From Acidimicrobiia bacterium (GTDB taxonomy: Bacteria > Actinomycetota > Acidimicrobiia > Spongiisociales > ZC4RG35): a stretch of DNA of 64,000 nucleotides. Positions 49,013 to 58,326 of this stretch are shown piece after piece. Below the pieces are notes generated by a model that ran no database searches, was not told where the DNA came from, and saw only the letters and a program-made list of their open reading frames with translations. Every line of letters begins with the position of its first letter. Positions within the stretch are counted from its first letter, which is position 1. Made by a program: the position numbers and the translations under genes. Where the stretch lies: NCBI GenBank assembly GCA_035281645.1, contig DATEDN010000145.1, forward strand, positions 1,684 through 65,683, read 5' to 3'.

Positions 49013-49854
49013 CTCACGAATCGGGCGACTGCGTCTCCAACAACATTCGGGTCCCGCAAGTCCTGATGGTGTGCGCCCTTGACCTCAGCCATCTCGACGT
49101 CATACCCGGCTTCCGCCAGGGCGTCGGCGAATAGGCGGGTTGAGCTGATCGGCACCAACTCATCAGCGTCACCATGCATTAGCAGCATCTCGAGTCCCGG
49201 GTTGGCGCCCAAATACGAATAAGCCGAACCAGCCTCCCAGGGGGCGGGATCGTTCTCGAAACGGGTGCCAAAAAAAGCCGGCAGCACCTGTCGATACAAG
49301 GTCGGATCGTAGGGACCGGCGAGGCCGATGAACCGGTCCGCGATTGCGGTCTCTTCGGCCGGACAATCGCTCCCGAATTCGTCACCGGCCAAGGCCACCA
49401 CCGAGGCCAGATGGGCCCCGGCCGAATGGCCGGCGAGAACGACCGGCCCATCGGCAGTGGTGTAATCGTCGGAGTTGGCGCGGGCGTAACGCAGGGCGCA
49501 GGCGACATCGTCGAAGCTCTCGGGATAGCCGCCGGTTTGGGTCCGATAGGTCGCGTTGAACACCACGATTCCCTTCGACGCCAGGAATTCGGCCAGGGGG
49601 GCGGTCGAGGTCGGGGCACCGCCAAACCATCCGCCGCCGTGGAATAGCACCACTACTGGATAGGACCCGACCGACTCCGGTCCAAAAACCGTCACCGGCA
49701 AATCGGCGACGGAGTCGATTCGGCGCACGAACTGGGATTCCGCCACGGTGGTTGTCGCGCCAGAAGTGGTGACCGTGATCGTGGTCGTGGCGGGGTCGGC
49801 TTCGCCGGTACAGGCCCATAGCAAAAGCAGGCCAAGCCACCAGGCCCGGTTCAT
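49006..49854 (-). CDS. Alpha/beta hydrolase lipoprotein (esterase/lipase-like)
   Basis: Lipobox LLLLWAC, oxyanion HGGGW and the nucleophile elbow GHSAGAH. ATGA overlap with the pgl stop. Confidence 0.8.
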   Translation of the reverse strand: MNRAWWLGLLLLWACTGEADPATTTITVTTSGATTTVAESQFVRRIDSVADLPVTVFGPESVGSYPVVVLFHGGGWFGGAPTSTAPLAEFLASKGIVVFNATYRTQTGGYPESFDDVACALRYARANSDDYTTADGPVVLAGHSAGAHLASVVALAGDEFGSDCPAEETAIADRFIGLAGPYDPTLYRQVLPAFFGTRFENDPAPWEAGSAYSYLGANPGLEMLLMHGDADELVPISSTRLFADALAEAGYDVEMAEVKGAHHQDLRDPNVVGDAVARFVSQ

Positions 49855-50537
49855 GCGATGAGGCCAGCCGCCGCCCGGTCGAGGAGGAACGTCACGGGAG
49901 CCCCGCCGTTACTGACCCGGGTGGTGGGGAGGTCTTCCCCATTTGTCACCCGGGCGAGGGCTTCGGCCTTCGAGGCGCCACCGATCATGAAGACGATCTG
50001 GCGGGCGAGGTCGAGCAGAGCAAAGGTGGAGGTGAGCCGCCAGACCTCGAGAGAGGGAACGAAGTTGCCCACATACCACCGATCGGTCACCGAGAGCGCT
50101 TCCGTTCCGGGGAAGAGCGAAGCGCAATGACCGTCATTACCCATTCCGAGGAGGATCAAGTCGGGAGGGTGCTCGCCACCGTGAAGCGCCCGCAATTCCT
50201 CCTCGTATTGGGCGGCCGACTCATCGGGCTCGAGCCAGGGCGCCCACCGGGGACGCAGGTGGCGGCCGGAGACATGGCCGACGAGGTTCTCCTCGGCCAT
50301 CTTGCCGTTGGAATCATCGTCATGCCAGGGCACCCAACGTTCATCTGACAGCCAGAAGTCGACCCGGCTCCAATCGACATCGCATCGCCGGAGTTCGAGG
50401 TAGATCGCCGCCGGCGTCGAGCCCCCGGCCAAGCCCACCGAAACCCGGGGGCCCGGCGCAGCATCGATCAAGGCTGCCAAGTGAGCGGCGGCACCGTGGA
50501 CCAACTCTCGGGCATCGTCGAAGACGACGGTGTTCAC
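49851..50537 (-). CDS. pgl: 6-phosphogluconolactonase
   Basis: GTG start (GTGA overlap with the upstream gene). Motifs LAGGSTP and LLGMGNDGHCASLFPG. Confidence 0.88.
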   Translation of the reverse strand: MNTVVFDDARELVHGAAAHLAALIDAAPGPRVSVGLAGGSTPAAIYLELRRCDVDWSRVDFWLSDERWVPWHDDDSNGKMAEENLVGHVSGRHLRPRWAPWLEPDESAAQYEEELRALHGGEHPPDLILLGMGNDGHCASLFPGTEALSVTDRWYVGNFVPSLEVWRLTSTFALLDLARQIVFMIGGASKAEALARVTNGEDLPTTRVSNGGAPVTFLLDRAAAGLIA

Positions 50538-51301
50538 GAGATCTGGGGGAGTACGTCTTGCAGGTGAGCCTCGATCTCCTCAAGCCCGCGGGCGTAAGCG
50601 TTGAGTTCCGCTCGGAGGGCGGCCACCTCGTCGGTGGTCTGATCAGGCCCGGTGGAAGTGAGGGCTATCGAGTGTGCCTTGACCGCCAACGTGTCGATGC
50701 CAGTTGTCGTAGCGACGACGCGAGAAACCGCTTCCTCGCGTCGTTGGCGAATGTTGGTCACCTCGTGGACCTGGGCTTCCATCTCTTCGCGCAGGGGACC
50801 CGGCGAGAGGTCGCGGAGCCGGGCGAGCAGGCGACGCTCGTCGACGGTCGACAGGAAGTTGTCGGCTCGCTGAACCCAGAGCACGGAGTCGTAGAGCTTG
50901 CGAAGGGTCTCGGTGACCCGGGCCATCATTCCCTCGTGCTCACCACCGGTCCAGGACTCCATTGCATGCTCGAGGCGGTCCCGGGCTTCGAGCCCGCTCA
51001 CCATCAAAGGAAGATGTTCGGCATCAAGTCGGCTCAGGTCACGGTCGAATTCGGGAGCGACCATCGAGGCAGCGAGCTTGGGATCGCGAAGGTGCATCAA
51101 GGCCGAGGCCACAAACCCGACCACCGCCGCCCCGGCCACGAACGGAGCTGAAAGACCGAGTGCCAGTCCGCCGCCGATCAATCCGGCGGTGGCCACGACT
51201 CCGGCCGGGCTGAACATCGCCCGCAGCAGGCGCTTGCTTTTCCGGGTCACAGGGTTATACCGGAAGACGCTCCCCATGCGGCTGCCAGAGCGGTTGGTCA
51301 T
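50534..51301 (-). CDS. Hypothetical membrane protein, XpaC/TelA-like (2 TM plus helical domain)
   Basis: Two N-terminal TM helices (AGVVATAGLIGGGLALGL and FVAGAAVVGFVASALM), then about 170 aa of helical, charged sequence. The family assignment is tentative. Confidence 0.45.
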   Translation of the reverse strand: MTNRSGSRMGSVFRYNPVTRKSKRLLRAMFSPAGVVATAGLIGGGLALGLSAPFVAGAAVVGFVASALMHLRDPKLAASMVAPEFDRDLSRLDAEHLPLMVSGLEARDRLEHAMESWTGGEHEGMMARVTETLRKLYDSVLWVQRADNFLSTVDERRLLARLRDLSPGPLREEMEAQVHEVTNIRQRREEAVSRVVATTTGIDTLAVKAHSIALTSTGPDQTTDEVAALRAELNAYARGLEEIEAHLQDVLPQIS

Positions 51302-51305
51302 GGGC

Positions 51306-53090
51306 TCAGAAGTTCGAGATCACTTGTTGAAAGACCGCTTCGATGGTCAGCGGGTTGGTCGCTTGATACAGGCGGGCCGCCGACGCATTGGCAATGGCGG
51401 TCAATTCCTCGACCGACGCATCCTCTCCGTACGCCACCGGAAACACTCGGACGACGTCACGCTCGTTCGATCCCAGAAACCCGAGTAGCGGGTCGAGCTC
51501 GCAGCCTGGCGGGTTGTCATCACACATCCCATCTGTGAGCAACAGCACGGCGTTGATCTTGGTTGGATCAAACCCGTCGCGGACGGCCTGCACCGCCGCC
51601 CGAGTGGAGTCGTAAAGGCCGGTGCCGCCATCAGCTACGAGCCCGTTGATGGATTGCTCCAACTGCGGGCGAATGTCCTCGAGGGGAGCCGGGGGGATCA
51701 CTTCGAGGTAATCGTTGTCGCCGTCGAGGTTGGTCGAGAAGATCCAAAGGCCGATCTCGTCGTCGGGCTTGAAGTTGTCAAGGCCCGAGAGGACCGCCTG
51801 TTTGGCCAGCGCGAGCTTGGTGTCGCCACCGCCGGCGAGGTCGGCCATCGAACCGGAGACGTCGAAGAGCATGATCACGCGGGCGGTCTTGCGATTCTCC
51901 TCCCAGCTGTCGAGCAGAGCGGTGAGGACCTCAGGATCGGGAACGGCCAGCTCGGTGTCTGGCTTATTGGGATTGAGGCCGTTGGCCGAGTTGATCGGGT
52001 CCCCGATCGCCACCGATGGATTTCCGGGACGAAAACCGAACTCGAGAACCCGCTGCTGGTTGGCGGCATCGTCGATCACAAAGGAGCGGAAAGCGGTGGC
52101 CGCCTGGCGGGCGACCTCGGTGACCCACGGTGCGTCGAGGATGTAGGCCGGATTGTCCGAATAGAGCGTTCCTTCTTCTGGATAGACGGCAACCAGCGGC
52201 ACCCGAGGCGGCGGACCCGGGGTGCCGGTATCGGCGGGATCGCCCCGGTTGTACGCGATGATCGACACTTCTTCCACCGCCACCGCCGAGGCGTAGGTAA
52301 GTCCGCGACCTTCCTGATCGGCGCGATACATGTTGTCAAGAAAGGTGAGGGTGGTGTCTCCGTAATGGACGGTGGCCGCCTCCACGCCGCGGACGAAATC
52401 GAGAACTTCGGGATCATCGAGATCGGAGCCGGTGAGCCCGCTGGTTTTTCCGGTAGCGGCGTAATAGGTAGCGGCGGTAGCGGCCAGGCCCGAGGTCGAG
52501 AAGTTGGGATTGGTCTTCCCGAGACGGAAATCGCCCCACTCCGGATGGCCTAATGCTCCCCAGCCCTCGGGATCGGAGGCGAGTCGGAGGATGTCGGCCC
52601 ATCCGACATCGGTTTCCGGCCAGCCCAGGGCTTCTGCCATCGGGCGCGGCATCCCGAGGACCAGGGGAGTGATCATCACTCGTTGAAAGTCATTGGCGAT
52701 TGGCGCCGCCCCGCGAGCGGCGAGACGCTCGTTGACAATCGCTCCCCAAGTACTGGCGGCCGGAGACCAGATCACCGGAAGAGGTCCGGCGGATCCGTCC
52801 TCGGGCCAGCCCTCGGCCAGCATGCGAGCAGCCGCCCCCGAGGAGGCTCTGTAGACGGTGATCACCGCGCATTCTCCGCCGAACTCGGTCTCGGTGGCAT
52901 TGAACGTCTCGGCGAGCGAAGTGAAGAGGGTGAACTTCTCAGGGGAGGTGGCGATCGGCACCTCCTCGCAACCGCCCGGGACGACAACACCGGAACCGTC
53001 GGTGGTGAGAGGGCCTCCCGAGGTACACGCGGCAAGCAATGCCAGCAAGGCCAAGGGCCACGAGAGGCAGGCCCGTCGAGTGATCATCAT
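51306..53090 (-). CDS. Lipoprotein with substrate-binding-protein-like domain fused to a vWA domain
   Basis: ATG 53090 forms an ATGA overlap with the upstream stop. Lipobox LALLALLAAC. vWA MIDAS motif MLFDVSGSM, with a later LLLTDGMCDD. Confidence 0.8.
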   Translation of the reverse strand: MMITRRACLSWPLALLALLAACTSGGPLTTDGSGVVVPGGCEEVPIATSPEKFTLFTSLAETFNATETEFGGECAVITVYRASSGAAARMLAEGWPEDGSAGPLPVIWSPAASTWGAIVNERLAARGAAPIANDFQRVMITPLVLGMPRPMAEALGWPETDVGWADILRLASDPEGWGALGHPEWGDFRLGKTNPNFSTSGLAATAATYYAATGKTSGLTGSDLDDPEVLDFVRGVEAATVHYGDTTLTFLDNMYRADQEGRGLTYASAVAVEEVSIIAYNRGDPADTGTPGPPPRVPLVAVYPEEGTLYSDNPAYILDAPWVTEVARQAATAFRSFVIDDAANQQRVLEFGFRPGNPSVAIGDPINSANGLNPNKPDTELAVPDPEVLTALLDSWEENRKTARVIMLFDVSGSMADLAGGGDTKLALAKQAVLSGLDNFKPDDEIGLWIFSTNLDGDNDYLEVIPPAPLEDIRPQLEQSINGLVADGGTGLYDSTRAAVQAVRDGFDPTKINAVLLLTDGMCDDNPPGCELDPLLGFLGSNERDVVRVFPVAYGEDASVEELTAIANASAARLYQATNPLTIEAVFQQVISNF

Positions 53091-54019
53091 GCTCCTATCA
53101 GTGTGTCCCAACTCGCCACCAATGCGGGTCGATCTGCCTGACTCGCCCCCGCCGCTTCGGTCCCGGGCTCACCGAGGTCTTCGAGCAGGTCGATGGGCTC
53201 GCCGGTCAGGGGACGAAGACCCAGGCTACCGAGCAAAGCTTGAATTTCAGGACCGCTCAGGCTCTCGACGAATGAGTTGGCGGCCCGCCCTTCTCCGAGA
53301 GCGGCCACCGGGAGATAGGGAGTGGGCTCAGGGTAAAAGACGTCGAGCCGGCCTGCTCTCGCCCGGGCATTCGCCAACTGGGCGGCGATGGCCACCTCAG
53401 AGGAGACCACCGCGTCGGCCCGCGAGGAGAAGAGGACCAAGTCTCGCAGCAAGCTCCCACCATCCTGGCTGGTGAGGGGCACGAACTGCCGGAAGCCGGG
53501 ACCGGGTTGCTGGTCGGCGATGAGCTTCCAGGCTTCGAGGTCGGCGATACCGGTTTCGGGATCTGCCAGGCCGAGACGCAACGTTCCCCAATCGGGCGAG
53601 CCTCCGAGATCCTCCCAACGGGTGCCCGCTTCGCTTACCAAACACGCGGGATCGACGGCCCCACACGCTTGCTGCAGGCGTGGGGCCTTCTCGGCCCAGA
53701 TGGCGATCGCGATCGGGCTCCGGGCGAAAGAGGTCGCTTCGGCCGGGAGGTCGGCGGCGAAACCGATTACGACGGTGTCGGGGGCGATCTCGGATCCCAA
53801 CGTGAATCCGATGCTTACGAAACCGAACCGTCTGGCCAGCTCGCCACAGACAAGTGAAAAGGTTTGGGTGCAAGCAATGGTCACGTCGGCCTCGGCTACG
53901 GGGACACTGGTGCCGGGGCCGGGAGTCGGTGCATCGCGCCCGATGACCCAGCCAATTGCCAGGATCACACCGCCGAGGGCGAGGGCGACCAATCCCGCAC
54001 GCCAACCGCTCACACCCAA
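53087..54019 (-). CDS. Membrane-anchored SBP-like protein, paralogous to the N-domain of the downstream vWA lipoprotein
   Basis: TTG or GTG start. N-terminal TM helix AGLVALALGGVILAIGWVI. The block RWEDLGGSPDWGTLRLGLADPETGIADL resembles GWADILRLASDPEGWG...FRLGKTNPNFSTSGL in the next protein. Confidence 0.5.
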   Translation of the reverse strand: MGVSGWRAGLVALALGGVILAIGWVIGRDAPTPGPGTSVPVAEADVTIACTQTFSLVCGELARRFGFVSIGFTLGSEIAPDTVVIGFAADLPAEATSFARSPIAIAIWAEKAPRLQQACGAVDPACLVSEAGTRWEDLGGSPDWGTLRLGLADPETGIADLEAWKLIADQQPGPGFRQFVPLTSQDGGSLLRDLVLFSSRADAVVSSEVAIAAQLANARARAGRLDVFYPEPTPYLPVAALGEGRAANSFVESLSGPEIQALLGSLGLRPLTGEPIDLLEDLGEPGTEAAGASQADRPALVASWDTLIGA

Positions 54020-54070
54020 TGATGGTAGGTACCCCCACTACGATCGCCCGCGCAGGTATTCGAGGACTCA

Positions 54071-54949
54071 TTGCCGGCTGAGAACATCGTCGCGGTTTGT
54101 GGCGCCACGGGTCGCCAAGGCGGCGCCGTGGCACGCGCTCTTCTGCAATCGGGTTGGAAGGTACGTGCTCTCACCCGACGACCAGATGGAGAGCCCGCAA
54201 AGGCCCTCGGCAGGTTGGGAACCGAGGTAGTTCAAAGCGACCTGGACGAGCCATCGACATTGCGAAAACCGTTCGACGGTGCACGGGCGGTATTCAGCGT
54301 CCAAAACGGGCTCGTCAGTGGCTTCGTGCGTGAGGTGGCACAGGGACGAAATGTGGCTGATGTGGCCAAAGAAGTAGGCGTGCAACATCTGGTCTATGCC
54401 TCCGCCGGCACCGGCGAAAAGGGCACCGGGATTCCATCGTGGGAGTCCAAACTCGAGGTCGAGGCTCACATGAAGAGTCTCGATTTGCCCTTCACCAGCC
54501 TCCGTCCCCGCGCCTTTATGGAGTTGATGACCGACAAGGGCTTCTACCCCGCAGTCGGGACCTGGAGGATCTGGCCACCCCTCACCGGAGAAGATCGCCC
54601 CATCCCCTGGCTGGCGGTCGCCGACGTCGGCGTTATCACTGCCGCGGTCTTGGCCCAGCCCGAGGTATATATCGGCCAGAGCTTATCCCTGGCCGGTGAC
54701 GTGCGAACGCTCCGTGAGTGCCGCTCTCTATATCGCGAGATCATGGGCAAGAGTCCTCGAACCTTTCCTATGCCGATGTGGCTGTTTGACCGGTTTACCA
54801 AACGGGATGTCATCCCCATGTGGCGCTGGCTGCGGACCGGGGAGGTGTCGACCGATACCGCCCCCACGAGGGCGATTCATCCCCAAGCTCTCACGGTGAG
54901 GGACTGGCTCGTGAGGGTACGCGATCAAGCTCAGGCTCGGGTCGACTAG
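54071..54949 (+). CDS. NmrA-family NAD(P)-binding protein
   Basis: TTG start. Rossmann motif VAVCGATGRQGGAVARALLQSGWKVRALTR. Confidence 0.8.
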   Translation: MPAENIVAVCGATGRQGGAVARALLQSGWKVRALTRRPDGEPAKALGRLGTEVVQSDLDEPSTLRKPFDGARAVFSVQNGLVSGFVREVAQGRNVADVAKEVGVQHLVYASAGTGEKGTGIPSWESKLEVEAHMKSLDLPFTSLRPRAFMELMTDKGFYPAVGTWRIWPPLTGEDRPIPWLAVADVGVITAAVLAQPEVYIGQSLSLAGDVRTLRECRSLYREIMGKSPRTFPMPMWLFDRFTKRDVIPMWRWLRTGEVSTDTAPTRAIHPQALTVRDWLVRVRDQAQARVD

Positions 54950-54962
54950 CTCCAACGCCTTT

Positions 54963-55928
54963 CTACGTGGCCAAAGCGACCGCGGCCAACGCCACCGCCG
55001 AGACCAGGACCCAGGCGGCGAGGCCGAGGCGTAATGGCCGACCGCCGAGGGAGCGCAAGCGAGAAATATCGACGCCGCCCCCGACCCCAACGAGAGCGAT
55101 GGTGAAAGCCGCAACCTCGATACTTCGGATTAGTTCGGTCATCGGATCAGAAAGAAGCCCGAGCGATTGCATCGCCACCAGAGCCAGAAACCCGATGACG
55201 AAGAGTGGTAGCGGGGGCTGGCGCCCGATGGCTGAATCTCCCCGCTTTCTCGAGATGGCCACCGCCACAACGAGCGGGGCCAGGAGGGCGACTCGGGTCA
55301 ATTTGACGACGATGGCCGCCTCCAGCGCGGGAGGCGGCGAGGTCGAAGCGGCGGCCACGGTCTGGGCAACGTCGTGGACTGCGCCCCCCACCCAGCTGCC
55401 GAAGGCGGCCGGTTCCATCCCCAGACCCCGAGCAATCAAGGGCAGGATCAAGATCGAGAGACTGCCGGCCATGGTGACCAGACCGATCGCGTAGGTGACT
55501 TCTTCGTCTTCGGCGCCGACGACTCCGTTCATGGCTGCGACCGCCGACACCCCGCAGATGGCATAGCCGGTGCCGATCAGGAGCGAAAGGTTGCGGCTCA
55601 CTCCCAGGAGCCGACCGAGCAGCTGGGCCCCAAAGAAGGTGGCCACGACGGTCGCCGCCACCACCGCCAGACCCGGCCCCCCAATCGCCGCCAGGTCCCC
55701 GAAGGAGAGCCGAGCGCCCAGCAAGACCACCGCGGCCCGGAGAAGATGCCGAGCGACGAACTGAAAGCCTGGTCCCAAGCCGAGCTGCGGGCCGGCCAGG
55801 TTGCCGGCGGCGAACCCGAGGAGGAGCGCGATGATCAGGGCCGAGAAGGGCTCCAAAACCCGACCGAGGACGATCGCGGCTGCCGCCAGCACCACCGCCG
55901 TCGAGATGCCGGGAAGGCGGGTGCGCAC
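54963..55928 (-). CDS. YeiH/UPF0324-family putative sulfate exporter
   Basis: 321 aa, highly hydrophobic with about 10 TM helices. The N-terminus and overall pattern resemble YeiH. Confidence 0.75.
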   Translation of the reverse strand: MRTRLPGISTAVVLAAAAIVLGRVLEPFSALIIALLLGFAAGNLAGPQLGLGPGFQFVARHLLRAAVVLLGARLSFGDLAAIGGPGLAVVAATVVATFFGAQLLGRLLGVSRNLSLLIGTGYAICGVSAVAAMNGVVGAEDEEVTYAIGLVTMAGSLSILILPLIARGLGMEPAAFGSWVGGAVHDVAQTVAAASTSPPPALEAAIVVKLTRVALLAPLVVAVAISRKRGDSAIGRQPPLPLFVIGFLALVAMQSLGLLSDPMTELIRSIEVAAFTIALVGVGGGVDISRLRSLGGRPLRLGLAAWVLVSAVALAAVALAT

Positions 55929-55957
55929 TGAAGGAGGCTATCTCCTAGCGTGCCCAG

Positions 55958-56572
55958 ATGGCTCGAACCCTGCGAATCAAGGTAGTCGGCGATGCCGTCA
56001 CGGGGAAGATCGAGGGGAAAGGGGAGCGGGGCATCCTCCTCGCCCACGGCGCCGGCACCAGCCAGGATCACCCCGTCATGGTGGCGACCCGCTCGGGGCT
56101 GGCAGCCGGCGGAGCGCGGGTGATGACCTTCAACTATCCCTACTCCGAGGCAGGCCGAAATCGACCGGACGTGACCGAACGACTGCTTGTCACTCACCGG
56201 GCGGCGCTCGCCAAACTTGCGGAGAGGTGCCCGGAGGGCACTTATCTGGCCGGGCGATCGATGGGGGGAAGGATGGGCACCTACTTGGCGGCGGAAGGGG
56301 CCGACGTACGAGGGGTGGTTTGCTATGGCTATCCCCTTCATCCACCCGGTAAGCCCGACCGTCTTCGGATCAATCACCTGGGCTCGATTCGGGTGCCGAT
56401 GCTCTTTTTCCAGGGCGATCACGACGCCCTCAGTCGCTCAGAGCTTTTTGATCGTCATGTGCGTTCGCTGCCTAACGCAAAGGTGATCGATCTCAAGGCG
56501 GATCACTCACTGGGGGGTCTCGGGTCTGTCGAACTGCTCGTCCGAGAAACCCTCGCTTTCGTACTTGCATAG
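55958..56572 (+). CDS. Alpha/beta-fold hydrolase (dienelactone hydrolase/KANL3-like)
   Basis: 204 aa with LLAHGAGTSQDHP, the nucleophile elbow GRSMGG, and a late DH pair. Confidence 0.7.
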   Translation: MARTLRIKVVGDAVTGKIEGKGERGILLAHGAGTSQDHPVMVATRSGLAAGGARVMTFNYPYSEAGRNRPDVTERLLVTHRAALAKLAERCPEGTYLAGRSMGGRMGTYLAAEGADVRGVVCYGYPLHPPGKPDRLRINHLGSIRVPMLFFQGDHDALSRSELFDRHVRSLPNAKVIDLKADHSLGGLGSVELLVRETLAFVLA

Positions 56573-56591
56573 ATTTCGGCTTGTCTTTGTC

Positions 56592-56623
56592 TTGATTTCG
56601 AAGCGATAGCGAGGGCGTATAAT
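56592..56623 (+). promoter_or_regulatory. Possible rplY-pth promoter (TTGATT ... TATAAT)
   Basis: A perfect TATAAT at 56618-56623 in otherwise GC-rich DNA, 45 nt upstream of the rplY ATG. The TTGATT at 56592-56597 gives a non-canonical 20-nt spacer, so the -35 assignment is weak. Confidence 0.35.
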
Positions 56624-56667
56624 TCTCGGCGGCTCCTCGCCCCCCTTTTCCCCAAGGAGAATTAGTC

Positions 56668-57339
56668 ATGGCTGAGGTCAATCTCAAAGCCGATACCGGT
56701 CGCGCCACCGGCAGTCGGGCGGCACGCCGGTTGCGAAAGACCGGCCAGGTGCCGGCCGTGGTCTATGGCCGGGGGGCCGACCCCACTCATGTTGCAGTTG
56801 ATCACCACGATCTCACTCAGGCGTTTCACACCCCGGCCGGAGCAAATGTCGTGATCAACCTCCAGATCGACGGTGCCGAGGGGATTCCGACCCTGGTCCG
56901 AGGCGTCGATCGACATCCCTACAAGCCTTTCATCCGTCACGTCGATTTCGTCCGTGTTGACCTCACGGTCAAAGTCCATGCCGAGGTTGCCATCCACTTC
57001 GTCGGCAGCCCGATAGGAGTGAAGGAAGGAGGAATCCTCGTTCCGGCCCGCAACGATGTCACCGTCGAGGCCCTTCCCACCGAGATCCCGTCGGCCTTCG
57101 AGCTCGACGTCTCGGAGTTGGGAATCAACGACTCTCTACACGTCAGTGACCTACCGCAGATCGAGGGAGTTGCCATCCTCGACAGCCCCGAAGAATTGCT
57201 GGTCTCGGTCTCGGTGCCCGCCGCCGAGCCTGAGCCGGAGCCCGAACCCACCGAGGGTGAAGAGGGCGAGGGTGCCGAGGCTGGCGAGGAGGGTCCCGAG
57301 GTGGCAGCCACAGAAGACGGCGAGTCCGGCGAGGAGTAG
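56668..57339 (+). CDS. rplY: 50S ribosomal protein L25/general stress protein Ctc
   Basis: SD AAGGAGA lies 7 nt upstream. N-terminus GSRAARRLRKTGQVPAVVYG, with an acidic C-terminal tail. Confidence 0.92.
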   Translation: MAEVNLKADTGRATGSRAARRLRKTGQVPAVVYGRGADPTHVAVDHHDLTQAFHTPAGANVVINLQIDGAEGIPTLVRGVDRHPYKPFIRHVDFVRVDLTVKVHAEVAIHFVGSPIGVKEGGILVPARNDVTVEALPTEIPSAFELDVSELGINDSLHVSDLPQIEGVAILDSPEELLVSVSVPAAEPEPEPEPTEGEEGEGAEAGEEGPEVAATEDGESGEE

Positions 57340-57909
57340 ATGCCGGTCATCTGTGGGCTTCGGAATCCCGGAGCCTCCTACGTCGGCACCCGCCACAATC
57401 TTGGTTTCGAGGTCGTCTCCAGTTTGGCGCGACGCTTCGAGGCAAAGCTCCGGCGGGGTCCGTTGCGGGTGCGTGCCGAGCTGGCCCGATTACCCGGTAG
57501 GAACCTGATTCTGGCCGCCCCGCTCACGTTCATGAACGACTCCGGACGGGCGGTGGCTGGAATTCTCTCCTACTTCAAGGTGCCGGCAACCGAGCTGCTG
57601 GTGGTCCACGATGACATCGACCTCGCCCTGGGGAGACTGCGGCTCCAGGTTGGTGGGGGGAGCGGCGGCAACAACGGCATCCGCTCGATCGAGTCGCATC
57701 TTGGACACCCCGATTTCGCCCGGCTGAAGCTGGGAGTGGGCCGACCGCCCGGAAGCCGGGAAGCCGCCGACCACGTGCTCCGTCCCTTCGACAAGTCCGA
57801 ACGGGAAGAAGCCGACCTGCTGGTCGAGGACGCGGCTGACGTGGCCGAGCGCTGGCTCCAAGACCCAGCCCGGGCTCAGGAGCTGGCCGCACACCGCCGA
57901 CCGTCCTAG
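57340..57909 (+). CDS. pth: Peptidyl-tRNA hydrolase
   Basis: ATG directly follows the rplY TAG. Motifs GLRNPGASYVGTRHNLGF and GGGSGGNNGIRSI. Confidence 0.93.
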   Translation: MPVICGLRNPGASYVGTRHNLGFEVVSSLARRFEAKLRRGPLRVRAELARLPGRNLILAAPLTFMNDSGRAVAGILSYFKVPATELLVVHDDIDLALGRLRLQVGGGSGGNNGIRSIESHLGHPDFARLKLGVGRPPGSREAADHVLRPFDKSEREEADLLVEDAADVAERWLQDPARAQELAAHRRPS

Positions 57910-57924
57910 TGCCAGAATCCGATC

Positions 57925-58326
57925 ATGCCCCGACTTGATGCAATCGGAATAGTGGTTTCCTCGATGGCTGACTCGACGGCGTTCTACCGACACCTCGGTC
58001 TTGACTTTCCCGCCGGCTCTGAGAATGAAGGTCACGTCGAAGCCGAGACCCCGGGTGGGATTCGGGTGATGCTCGACACCGAGGACATGATGAGGTCGTT
58101 CTCGGACTGGGAGCCGCCCCATGGCGGGAGTCAACGAACAACGCTGGCGTTTCTTTGCGAAAGCCCGGCGGAAGTCGATCGCCTCCACTTGCTCTTGATC
58201 GGAATCGGTGGAAGGACAGTGGTCGCTCCCTTCGACGCTCCTTGGTCGATGCGGTACGCAACGATCGCCGACCCCGATGGGAATCATTTCGACCTGTTTG
58301 CATCCCAGGAGCAACCTCAGGCGTGA
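57925..58326 (+). CDS. VOC-family (glyoxalase-like) protein
   Basis: 133 aa with [10 protein letters not shown] and a C-terminal [20 protein letters not shown]. Confidence 0.75.
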   Translation: MPRLDAIGIVVSSMADSTAFYRHLGLDFPAGSENEGHVEAETPGGIRVMLDTEDMMRSFSDWEPPHGGSQRTTLAFLCESPAEVDRLHLLLIGIGGRTVVAPFDAPWSMRYATIADPDGNHFDLFASQEQPQA

